Below are positions 39,118-47,742 of a DNA stretch of 64,000 nt, piece by piece. The stretch is from Candidatus Poriferihabitaceae bacterium (GTDB lineage: Bacteria > Pseudomonadota > Gammaproteobacteria > Arenicellales > Poriferihabitantaceae). Each line of letters begins with the position of its first letter. Position 1 is the stretch's first letter. The DNA is taken from the NCBI GenBank assembly GCA_965204925.1, contig OZ242021.1:268000-331999 (forward strand). Reading direction: 5' to 3'. The notes under the pieces were generated by a model. That model saw only the letters and a program-made list of their open reading frames with translations, made no database searches and had not been told where the DNA came from. The position numbers and the translations under genes were made by a program.

Positions 39118-41931
39118 ATGTCTGATCAACCCGCTCAATTCGTGTCTTTCTATTCCTACAAAGGCGGGGTGGGACGTAGCACGGTGCTGGCTAATCTTGC
39201 CTGCCGGCAAGCTGTACAAGGTAGCAAAGTTCTGATTATCGACCTTGATCTGGAAGTTCCGGGACAGCACAGCAGTAGGTTATTCTCGAATAATCCGATC
39301 GCCGATTCGGTAATAAAAGGAGGATTTGTTGACCTCTGTGCCGCTTGGCAACAACACCATGAGAAAGCTGGTGATCAGGTCTATGAATGGGATTTGCGGG
39401 ATTACATGCTGCGCAGTACTTTTCCGGATCAGTTGTTCGGAGCTGACAAGGGAGAAATATTCCTGATGCCTGCCGCCAGAAGGCCGGATACAGGCTATGC
39501 CGAAAAACTGGGCAGGCTCGATTGGCACAAATTTTTTTCACCGTCAATCAAGGGCTACCAGTTACTTGCCGCCTTGCAGCTGTTTTGCAAGATTGAAGAG
39601 TTCGACTGGGTGTTTCTGGACTCCAGGACGGGACTCAGTGATCCCTATTACATGACCACTTCCTGGCTGAGTAATACCGTTGTTTGTTTCAGTACGCTGA
39701 GTCGGCAAAGTATTGAGGGATGCCGCTATGCCATGGAGCGTATCATGACTGAAGACTCCATACACAAATATGGCGAAAAGCGCGTACTGCCCGTAGCCAC
39801 CCTGATTCCTCCGACCAGAAATTTTGAGGCCAACAACAGAATAAAAGCCATCCTTGCTAATGAGTGGCCGGAAATTGACAACCGTTTCGTCACTGAATTC
39901 CGGTATGACGATGCGCTGGCTCTGGAAGAAAAGATACTGGTAGCAGAAGATGGGTGGGAAAGCTCGGATTTCGGCAAATCATTACAGGAATTGGCGGCTG
40001 CTTTGGAGACCCGCGATTCTTACCTGATCAGTCAAGAGCGGATGCGTCAACGCTTTGGAGAGAGAACCCTGAAAAATCCTTTCCCCAACCTTCGTATCGA
40101 GTACTGGAGTCCACCGGAGGTTGCCAGCCATTATTCTGTTATTTACCCGGAGATTGAAGAACAACTGACAGCCTTTCAACCGGTTATTGTTTATGGTTCC
40201 CGGGGAACGGGCAAGACGACCATGGCCCGCTATTTTGACTATCAAGCCCAACTAATCGTTTTCAGGGAAAAATACCAACGTACACCAACCCCTCGGGAAC
40301 TCCGTTATCTTGGTTTGTGGATTCGTCAGGACAGTGATTTTCTCAAGGCATTCAATGTATCTGACGAAGATAAACAGAAGAATTACAGCGCCTTGTTTGG
40401 CTTGTTCTTTGATATGGTTGTGTTGCGCAAGGCATTACAGGCCATGGAAGAGACCGGAGGACTGGCTGGCTGGGTCAAATCAACTACGAGATTATTCCGC
40501 ATTTTGCGCCGCGAAATCGGCGTGGAAGTTAATGAAAACTGTGGTATGGAGGGATTCCTGGAACATCTGGAAACCCGCTTGTATGAGATTCGAGCCTATA
40601 TCAACAACCCTAATTGCATCAAAATCCCTTACCTGTTCCAGAGTAATACCTTGATGAAGTTATTGGCAGAGCAACTAAAGGAAAGGGAGAATTTCCATTT
40701 CGTGGTGTTTGTCGATGAGGTCGAAAACTATGCAAGCCATCAGCAGCAAATGCTGAATACCCGGGTCAAAAATGTCAAGGAAAGCGATTCCGTCACCTAT
40801 AAACTGCTTACCCGTAATGACGGAACGAAAACCACGTTCACAGATGCAGACGATCAGGAACTGGAGGTGACCCACGACTATCGCGCCTGTTATCTGGATG
40901 AAGGGATCGGATTTGATGAATTCAGAAAACGCGCGGAAACCCTGGTGAATCGTTATGTTTCCCATTCAGTCCAGTTTCGGCATCTCGGCAAGGCGCAAGA
41001 CTTTCTGGGACATCTGACACCGCAGGAAGAGGCGCGAATAATCTGTGGGAGCCGTGGAAACAAACCGTTGGTCAAACACTTGGGCGAGCAACATTCCCTG
41101 GAGGCGGACCATGCCTTGATACAATGGATGCAAAAGGAACCCAGCCTGTTGCGCCAGACGGTCGCTGTGGTAATAGTCAATCAAGGTAAAGGCGCCGATA
41201 CCGTCGCAAGGAACATGCACGCCAACACTTCTACCGCGCAGGACTGGTACCACAATTATTCGAGAGGAGCCTTGTACTGGTTGTGCACCTTATACAGAAA
41301 AGGAAAAACATATTCCGGCTTTAATGATATTGCCGGTATAGCAGGCGGGAATATCCGTGTAGTCGTGGATATATTTTATTCGATTTTTGCGGAGTGGATT
41401 AAAGAGACTGAAGAGAAAGGGAAGCAGCAGCCATTCAGCTATCAACTGCAAAACCGCTGCATCCATGAACTGTCGGAAACCTGGTTCAGGAAGCTCGACC
41501 GCTTCCGGCCCACGGAACACCGGTTAAACCGGCTGATAGAGCGCCTCGGCAATCTTTTTTCCGCGATACATAAAAGCCCGAGTCAGGGAGAACCGGAAAT
41601 CAATCATTTCTCGACAAATGGGGAACTGGACGCCGGTACACTGAAATATCTGAAAATTTGCCTGCGGGAGAATTTGTTGAGATGGCTGCCCAGCAACAAA
41701 CAAAAGTCATCCAGCGATTACCTGCCAGACGCCTTTCAGCTTAACCCGTGTTTTGCCCCACATTTCGGTATTTCATGGCGGAGGAAAAAGAAGCTCACAC
41801 TTGCGCCCGACGATGTCCGCATGCTCTGTTCGGGCACAGATGAGGGTTGGAAAAGGACCCACTCACGGGTCGAACGGCAATACCATAATGAAAGACACAG
41901 CGACCACTCCCAAATGACCCTGACAGTTTAA
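39118..41931 (+). CDS. Double P-loop protein C: N-terminal ParA/MinD-like domain with a KGGVGR variant Walker A, plus a central AAA/ORC-Cdc6-like ATPase and a large C-terminal region
   Basis: In this 937-aa protein, aa 11-22 read FYSYKGGVGRST (a deviant Walker A with Arg in place of the second Lys). KVLIIDLDLEVPG and WVFLDSRTGLSD are ParA-like. A second Walker A, VIVYGSRGTGKTTMA, lies at aa ~356-370 and a Walker B, FHFVVFVDEVE, at aa ~526-536. Confidence 0.75.
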   Translation: MSDQPAQFVSFYSYKGGVGRSTVLANLACRQAVQGSKVLIIDLDLEVPGQHSSRLFSNNPIADSVIKGGFVDLCAAWQQHHEKAGDQVYEWDLRDYMLRSTFPDQLFGADKGEIFLMPAARRPDTGYAEKLGRLDWHKFFSPSIKGYQLLAALQLFCKIEEFDWVFLDSRTGLSDPYYMTTSWLSNTVVCFSTLSRQSIEGCRYAMERIMTEDSIHKYGEKRVLPVATLIPPTRNFEANNRIKAILANEWPEIDNRFVTEFRYDDALALEEKILVAEDGWESSDFGKSLQELAAALETRDSYLISQERMRQRFGERTLKNPFPNLRIEYWSPPEVASHYSVIYPEIEEQLTAFQPVIVYGSRGTGKTTMARYFDYQAQLIVFREKYQRTPTPRELRYLGLWIRQDSDFLKAFNVSDEDKQKNYSALFGLFFDMVVLRKALQAMEETGGLAGWVKSTTRLFRILRREIGVEVNENCGMEGFLEHLETRLYEIRAYINNPNCIKIPYLFQSNTLMKLLAEQLKERENFHFVVFVDEVENYASHQQQMLNTRVKNVKESDSVTYKLLTRNDGTKTTFTDADDQELEVTHDYRACYLDEGIGFDEFRKRAETLVNRYVSHSVQFRHLGKAQDFLGHLTPQEEARIICGSRGNKPLVKHLGEQHSLEADHALIQWMQKEPSLLRQTVAVVIVNQGKGADTVARNMHANTSTAQDWYHNYSRGALYWLCTLYRKGKTYSGFNDIAGIAGGNIRVVVDIFYSIFAEWIKETEEKGKQQPFSYQLQNRCIHELSETWFRKLDRFRPTEHRLNRLIERLGNLFSAIHKSPSQGEPEINHFSTNGELDAGTLKYLKICLRENLLRWLPSNKQKSSSDYLPDAFQLNPCFAPHFGISWRRKKKLTLAPDDVRMLCSGTDEGWKRTHSRVERQYHNERHSDHSQMTLTV

Positions 41932-42890
41932 TGCTCGAAGAGTACGAACCTGTGGAGCAATCCTACCCGAAAATAGCCGGCTTGCATCCCTGGAGCCTGT
42001 TACTGACCGGAGGTGAGGAAACGCAGATTGAACCCCGATGTGGAGAAACTGTCACGAAAATCTCCGGTCACTTGCCTGCAAATTGCCAGCATATCTGCAT
42101 TACCCGCCAACCGGACAGGGGAATGGAGGGCAAATTTCTTTTTGGCAAAAAGGGAAAAACAGAGGAGGCGTCTGCCCAGGATTTCCGCGAAGGTTTTGAA
42201 AAAATCACGGAGCGGGCTCTTTCCGGGGAGGACGCAATTAACATATTAATGGACATCACCAGTCTGGAACTGGATGTAATCCTTCATCTTCAGAATTTAT
42301 TCAACCAACCGCGCAGTAGTGTACAAAACCTGTCTGCGCTGTACTCATCCCCGATGCAGTATACAGGCCGTGACCAGTACAAATTACGGATCAATGAAAT
42401 TGCACAACCTCCCGGTTACATCTCTTTGCGTATGGATGACTCCTCCTCTTATCCCCATGTTTTTATATTGGGATTTGACAAAGGCAGGGCCTTGCGATTC
42501 CTGGAGTTATTTGATGAGTGGAGAGATCATGAGAAATATGCCATTATTATTGACCCCTCGTACATGCCGGACGGAGCCGAAATAGCCAGAAAAGCAAATT
42601 CATGGATTAAGGAACTGAAGCCTGAGCAAATTTTTTCAATCGACCGGCTCGAACCGCACAAGCTCCGTGAAAAGCTGAAAGAGCTTTATCAATCCAGCAA
42701 CCGGTTGGACATAATACCGCTGGGACCGAAGCTGATGCTTCTGGGAATGACCCAATTCTATTTTTCTTTGGCTGAAGCAGAGCGGAATAATATCCGCATC
42801 CTGTATGATTTTCCACAGCCGACTGCTGACGCCAGCACAGGTATCAGTGGGCATTATCTGTTCAATTGCCATGGTCACAAGACACTATGA
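41931..42890 (+). CDS. Hypothetical protein D (alpha/beta pattern, no recognisable catalytic motif)
   Basis: This 319-aa ORF starts on the last base of gene C's stop (TAATG), and its stop overlaps gene E's start (ATGA). Repeated hydrophobic beta-strand-like segments occur (INILMDITSL, HVFILGFD, YAIIIDPS, LDIIPLGP). Confidence 0.6.
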   Translation: MLEEYEPVEQSYPKIAGLHPWSLLLTGGEETQIEPRCGETVTKISGHLPANCQHICITRQPDRGMEGKFLFGKKGKTEEASAQDFREGFEKITERALSGEDAINILMDITSLELDVILHLQNLFNQPRSSVQNLSALYSSPMQYTGRDQYKLRINEIAQPPGYISLRMDDSSSYPHVFILGFDKGRALRFLELFDEWRDHEKYAIIIDPSYMPDGAEIARKANSWIKELKPEQIFSIDRLEPHKLREKLKELYQSSNRLDIIPLGPKLMLLGMTQFYFSLAEAERNNIRILYDFPQPTADASTGISGHYLFNCHGHKTL

Positions 42891-44077
42891 ATCTGGCACA
42901 GCATTTTACAATGAACTGTCATGCAGATTTAATGGTCCGTGCCATGTTCCCGTTCACCGGCAACGGAAAATATATAAAGGGAGTTGACCTCGGCGCGGGA
43001 AGGGGAGCGCTCCTCCACTCAGCCACCCGAACATGGAAAGGAGCCAGCTTTTTGGGGGTGGATATTTCCCGGCCTTTATTGGACACCATAAAACAACACT
43101 TCCCTGCAGTTCGGTTCTGTTATCTGGACTTGCTGAGTAAAAAGTCGCTGAAATCAGGGATACTGGCAGATTTATCCGAGTCCCATGACGTTGCGGTGTG
43201 CAATCCACCTTTCCTGAACCATAGGAACGACAAACTGTTTCGTGACCTTTGTCACATGACCAATTTGAAGGACTGTCGCAAGATGTCTATCGTTACGTCC
43301 GACGTCATATTCTTGCTGCACAATTTACGCCTGCTGAAAAAGGGCGGCGCTCTCGGCATTATATTGCCTGACGGCCTGATTACCGGTGAGAAATTCCGGA
43401 TACTGCGTCAAAGTCTGCTGTCCAACCATCGGATTGAAGCCGTTATTCAATTGCCCGACAATTCGTTCGCCGGCATTGAGGCCAGGACGCATATTTTAAT
43501 TTTGCGGAAAGATATGACATCAACGGAAAAGGTGAAGATCATGCGTTCGGGCGCCAGCAGTATAACGGAGGAGTTGGAGGTTGACGTTTCCGGTCTGGAG
43601 CAGCGAATGGATTACTCATACTGGCGCTGGAGATTGGCCGCCTCAAAGGCGAAAGCCTTGACATTGGCAGAAATTGGCGCAGATATTAATCGCGGTACAA
43701 GGCCCCGAGCATTTTTTGAAAGTTCAGGGATTGAATATTTCCATACCATTGGGCTGCCTGTAGCCGCCAGACCTGTCAATTTCCCGAGATCCAGGCCCCG
43801 GGAAGTCAGGATGGCGGAATCACAGGATATATTAACGGCCAGAGTCGGGAAACGGTGTATCGGTAGAACAGTACTCGTAAACAGAGGGAGTCTGCCAATA
43901 ACGGATTGTATTTATCGTATCCGCATACCCGAATGCTGGGTCAATAAAGTATGGCAATCATTCAATTCTGACAGTGCGCGGGACTGGTTTTCAGCGCATT
44001 CCCACGGTGTTTGCGCCCAGGTTATCAGCAAGTCGGATTTATTGAATTTTCCTGTCGATTACTGCCGGGAAGAATAG
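42887..44077 (+). CDS. N6-adenine DNA methyltransferase, gamma class, with C-terminal TRD-like domain (TaqI/Eco57I-like architecture)
   Basis: Motif I is GVDLGAGRGALL and motif IV is DVAVCNPPF. The C-terminal ~170 aa resembles a single HsdS-type target-recognition domain (ADINRGT...DILTARVGKRCIGR...CIYRIRI). I prefer the ATG at 42887 (ATGA overlap with D); the ORF track starts it at 42866. Confidence 0.8.
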   Translation: MNLAQHFTMNCHADLMVRAMFPFTGNGKYIKGVDLGAGRGALLHSATRTWKGASFLGVDISRPLLDTIKQHFPAVRFCYLDLLSKKSLKSGILADLSESHDVAVCNPPFLNHRNDKLFRDLCHMTNLKDCRKMSIVTSDVIFLLHNLRLLKKGGALGIILPDGLITGEKFRILRQSLLSNHRIEAVIQLPDNSFAGIEARTHILILRKDMTSTEKVKIMRSGASSITEELEVDVSGLEQRMDYSYWRWRLAASKAKALTLAEIGADINRGTRPRAFFESSGIEYFHTIGLPVAARPVNFPRSRPREVRMAESQDILTARVGKRCIGRTVLVNRGSLPITDCIYRIRIPECWVNKVWQSFNSDSARDWFSAHSHGVCAQVISKSDLLNFPVDYCREE

Positions 44078-44139
44078 CAAAAGGGATCTTCCCCATCCTG
44101 TAGTCCGATTTTGAGATTGACGCCGCTTCTCCCGGGATC

Positions 44140-44262
44140 TCCGACAAGCCCGTTGTTCCTGTTGGTCGCAAAAGTGCACCAGGGCAGTCCGGGCGACGAT
44201 TTTGGCTGGGGTTCCCTCTCTTAAGGGCGTGACCGCAGAACAGGCCTCTGATTAGACACTGA
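44140..44262 (+). pseudogene. Relic of a third ATPase-ankyrin gene at the right island boundary
   Basis: gcaaaagtgcaccagggcagtccgggcgacgattttggctggggttccctctcttaagggcgtgaccgcagaacaggcc aligns with 28110-28190 and 36510-36590 of the two full copies, but it contains stop codons. The boundaries are approximate. Confidence 0.6.
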
Positions 44263-44372
44263 TCTGGAAAATGAACCGGCGGCGGTGGAAATTGCCGGGA
44301 TAAAACTTGAACCCCCAACCTGCCAAGTGATGTTACAATCCGGCAAATCGAATTCTTCCGACACAAAATACC

Positions 44373-46217
44373 ATGCCCGACTATAGATCCTGGACTACAA
44401 CCCGTGGCAGAACGATGGCCGGGGCGCGGGCGCTCTGGCGCGCTACGGGAATGCAAGACGATGACTTCGACAAGCCGATCATTGCGGTTGCCAATTCGTT
44501 TACCCAGTTCGTTCCCGGACATGTTCACCTGAAGGATCTGGGACAATTGGTCGCCCGCGAGATTGAAGCCGCGGGCGGGGTCGCAAAAGAATTCAACACT
44601 ATCGCGGTGGATGACGGCATCGCGATGGGACACGGCGGTATGTTGTATTCACTGCCGTCCCGCGAGATCATTGCCGATTCGGTCGAATACATGGTAAACG
44701 CGCATTGCGCCGATGCCATGGTCTGTATCTCGAATTGCGACAAGATTACCCCCGGTATGTTGATGGCGGCGATGCGCCTGAACATTCCGGCAATTTTTGT
44801 GTCGGGCGGGCCGATGGAAGCGGGCAAGGTAACCTGGCGCGACCATGAAAAAGCGGTTGATCTGGTGGACGCAATGGCAGTGGCAGCCGACGATGATGTC
44901 ACCGCTGACGAAGCGGACTTGATGGAACGCTCGGCCTGCCCGACCTGCGGCTCCTGCTCGGGCATGTTCACGGCGAATTCGATGAATTGCCTGACGGAAG
45001 CTCTCGGACTTTCCTTGCCGGGAAATGGAACGATCGTGGCAACCCACAGCCAACGCAAACGGTTGTTCCTGGAAGCGGGTCGTCTCATTGTGGCCACAGC
45101 CAGACGGTATTATGAGCAGGGTGACCATGATGTTCTGCCGAGAAGCATCGCGAATTTCGAGGCGTTTGAAAATGCGATGTCGCTGGATATCGCGATGGGC
45201 GGTTCAACCAATACGGTCCTGCATCTGCTCGCCGCGGCCCGGGAAGGCGGAGTGAATTTCACGATGAGGGATATTGATCGCCTGAGCAGGAAAGTACCCA
45301 ATCTTTGCAAGGTGGCTCCGGCCAAACCCGATGTCCATGTCGAGGATGTACATCGCGCGGGCGGCGTCTTCGCGATACTGGGCGAACTGGACCGCGCCGG
45401 CCTGATCAATCGAAGCGCCAAAACCATCCACGCTGCCAGCATGGAAGAAGCCATCGCGCTATGGGATGTGCGCCTGACCGAAGACCGGAAACGCAAGGAT
45501 TTTTTCCGCGCCGCTCCGGGAGGGGTTCCCACCCAGGTCGCTTTCAGTCAGGACAAACGTTATAAATCCCTTGACCTCGACCGGGAGAAGGGCTGTATCC
45601 GTGAAGTGAAACACGCTTTCAGTCAGGATGGCGGCCTGGCGGTGCTGTACGGCAATCTCGCTGTGGACGGCTGCATCGTAAAAACAGCCGGAGTCGATGA
45701 AAGCATCCTGAAATTTTCCGGCAAAGCCAGGATTTTCGAAAGCCAGGAATCCGCAGTCGACAGCATTCTTGGTAATCACATCCATGCGGGCGATATTGTG
45801 GTCATACGCTACGAAGGCCCCCGGGGCGGACCCGGGATGCAGGAAATGCTCTACCCGACCACCTGGCTGAAATCCAAAAACCTGGGCAAGGAGTGCGCGC
45901 TGGTAACCGATGGGCGATTTTCCGGGGCGACATCCGGCCTGTCGATCGGCCATGTATCGCCCGAAGCGGCAGAAGGCGGACTCATCGGACTGGTCGAAGA
46001 AAACGACCGCATCGAGATCAATATCCCTGAACGGTCGATTCACCTGGCAGTGGATGACGCCGTTCTTGAACAAAGACGGAAGGCGATGGAAGCCAGAGGC
46101 GCCGATGCCTGGAAACCGCGCCGCGAGCGTGTGGTCAGCAGCGCCCTGAAGGCTTATGCCGCCCTGACTACCAGCGCTGCAAAAGGAGCGGTGCGCGATG
46201 TCAACCAGCTGGCATGA
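44373..46217 (+). CDS. ilvD: Dihydroxy-acid dehydratase
   Basis: The 614-aa ORF contains [30 protein letters not shown] and [17 protein letters not shown]. Confidence 0.95.
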   Translation: MPDYRSWTTTRGRTMAGARALWRATGMQDDDFDKPIIAVANSFTQFVPGHVHLKDLGQLVAREIEAAGGVAKEFNTIAVDDGIAMGHGGMLYSLPSREIIADSVEYMVNAHCADAMVCISNCDKITPGMLMAAMRLNIPAIFVSGGPMEAGKVTWRDHEKAVDLVDAMAVAADDDVTADEADLMERSACPTCGSCSGMFTANSMNCLTEALGLSLPGNGTIVATHSQRKRLFLEAGRLIVATARRYYEQGDHDVLPRSIANFEAFENAMSLDIAMGGSTNTVLHLLAAAREGGVNFTMRDIDRLSRKVPNLCKVAPAKPDVHVEDVHRAGGVFAILGELDRAGLINRSAKTIHAASMEEAIALWDVRLTEDRKRKDFFRAAPGGVPTQVAFSQDKRYKSLDLDREKGCIREVKHAFSQDGGLAVLYGNLAVDGCIVKTAGVDESILKFSGKARIFESQESAVDSILGNHIHAGDIVVIRYEGPRGGPGMQEMLYPTTWLKSKNLGKECALVTDGRFSGATSGLSIGHVSPEAAEGGLIGLVEENDRIEINIPERSIHLAVDDAVLEQRRKAMEARGADAWKPRRERVVSSALKAYAALTTSAAKGAVRDVNQLA

Positions 46218-46244
46218 AGCGCCTCGACCCGTCTGACGCGCGGG

Positions 46245-46967
46245 CTACCGGACTGCCAGATAGCCCTGCCAGCACAATTCGTTGAAAACAATGGATACAT
46301 GGCCGAATCCGGCGTGGTTGAGCATCGTCAGATTTTCATTTTCGGTATACGGCGCCAGCACCCCTTTGAGCGCCTGCGCCTTGCTACGGATTTCCTCACT
46401 GGAAAATCCACGGGATTTCTTGAACTGATGATATTTCTCCGTCATTTCCCAATCCAGTCGGGGATCGGAAAAGCGGATTTTCTCAAACAACAAAAACAGG
46501 CCGCCGGGCTGCAATGCCCTGAATATTCGCCGGACAGTGTCCATACGTGTCGAAACCGGCGTAAAGTGCAGAGTGTAGTAGCTCACGATCACCGACGAGG
46601 GCAGCAGATCGTGTTTGACGATGTCGGCAATCTCGAATGAAACATTGGCAAACGCGCTGCACCGGATTTCAGCCCGCGCAATCATCCCGGCAACCCGGTC
46701 AATACCGACAATAACCATGCGCCTGGCATCGGAGCAAGCGGCCATTTTCGCCGTCAGCGTACCGGTCGAACAACCGAGTTCATAACATCGTCCGCTGTTT
46801 TGCATTTTTGTGCGGATCAGGCTTACGATCAGCTCATGCCCCTCGGCATATCCGGGAATTGATTTCGATATATGGGTATCGAACACCGCGGGGACCGCGT
46901 TATCAAACTGCCACGCCCCCGGGGAAACAACCAGACCATCCCCTGCTGATGATTTTGTCCGACTCAT
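46245..46967 (-). CDS. Class I SAM-dependent methyltransferase, CmoA-like
   Basis: The 240-aa ORF contains WQFDNAVPAVFDTHISKSIPGY, the motif I segment YELGCSTG, and PGGLFLLFEK, collinear with carboxy-SAM synthase CmoA as I remember it. The assignment is not certain. Confidence 0.6.
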   Translation of the reverse strand: MSRTKSSAGDGLVVSPGAWQFDNAVPAVFDTHISKSIPGYAEGHELIVSLIRTKMQNSGRCYELGCSTGTLTAKMAACSDARRMVIVGIDRVAGMIARAEIRCSAFANVSFEIADIVKHDLLPSSVIVSYYTLHFTPVSTRMDTVRRIFRALQPGGLFLLFEKIRFSDPRLDWEMTEKYHQFKKSRGFSSEEIRSKAQALKGVLAPYTENENLTMLNHAGFGHVSIVFNELCWQGYLAVR

Positions 46968-46977
46968 CCCTTAAGGC

Positions 46978-47712
46978 TCATGTGGGGGCAGCAAGCAAAC
47001 CGTATGCGCTGATCACGACCAGGGCAACCCCCATGGCGCGTTTGTAATGACTGCCGCCGCCTTGTACCAGACGGGTGTGCGCCTTAAGTCCGAACCAGTG
47101 TCCGATCGCTACCAGCGGCAGGAAATACAGGGCGTAACGAACTTGCAGATCTACGTCAAAATAGACAAGCGTAGACATCTTGATCATCACCAGAATAGTC
47201 CACAGGACAAATAATGTGACGCGCAATTCGCGCAGCGCCACATTTCTGGCGTAGACTGCCGATATCAACGGCGCCCCCATCAGCGATACCCCGCTTGCAT
47301 AGCCGCCCATCACCAGCAACAGATTGTCGAAGAATGTGCTCCTGCTGCTGAAAACATAGTTGCACAGATAAGCCAGGCCATATAAAAAAGTGACGCTGTA
47401 GATGATCGCAACCAGTATTTCGTTCGGCAAATTGATCAACCCGAACACGCCGATCAGCTTGGGTATGATCAGGACCACCAGCGATTTCTTCAGGTAAGGC
47501 CAGTCTACATCCCCGAGTCGATCATAGACGGTCAATAGCGAAAAGATCAACAGATGGATGGCCACCATCGGCAGCCAGAAAAGCGGAGCATTCACAACCA
47601 GAAGCATCAGCGGCAACGCAAGCGCCGCGCCGCCAAAACCGAGACCACTGCGGACAAACCCGGACCAGATAAAAATCAGCCCGGCAAACAGCCACTCGAT
47701 CTCACTCATCAC
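46978..47712 (-). CDS. TauE/SafE family sulfite/anion exporter-like membrane protein
   Basis: The 244-aa protein has about 7-8 hydrophobic helices and an N-terminal GFVRSGLGFGGAALALPLML, typical of TSUP/TauE proteins. Confidence 0.65.
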   Translation of the reverse strand: MMSEIEWLFAGLIFIWSGFVRSGLGFGGAALALPLMLLVVNAPLFWLPMVAIHLLIFSLLTVYDRLGDVDWPYLKKSLVVLIIPKLIGVFGLINLPNEILVAIIYSVTFLYGLAYLCNYVFSSRSTFFDNLLLVMGGYASGVSLMGAPLISAVYARNVALRELRVTLFVLWTILVMIKMSTLVYFDVDLQVRYALYFLPLVAIGHWFGLKAHTRLVQGGGSHYKRAMGVALVVISAYGLLAAPT

Positions 47713-47742
47713 TCAATCCCGGCATTGAAAAGGCCAAGGGAA

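Noticed and set aside
44262-44372. TTGAAC ... TACAAT upstream of ilvD, considered as a promoter.
   Set aside because: The spacer is about 21 nt, outside the functional 16-18 nt range, and I found no better-spaced pair.
44025-44633. A 202-aa minus-strand ORF spanning the island boundary and the ilvD start. The similar ORF 36388-37029 lies opposite ATPase-ankyrin 2, and 27236-27619 and 35648-36028 lie opposite the two P-loop regions.
   Set aside because: These are antisense to well-supported genes or cross a pseudogene relic, and their translations are Pro/Arg/Ser-rich. The paired antisense ORFs simply reflect the duplication of the sense genes.
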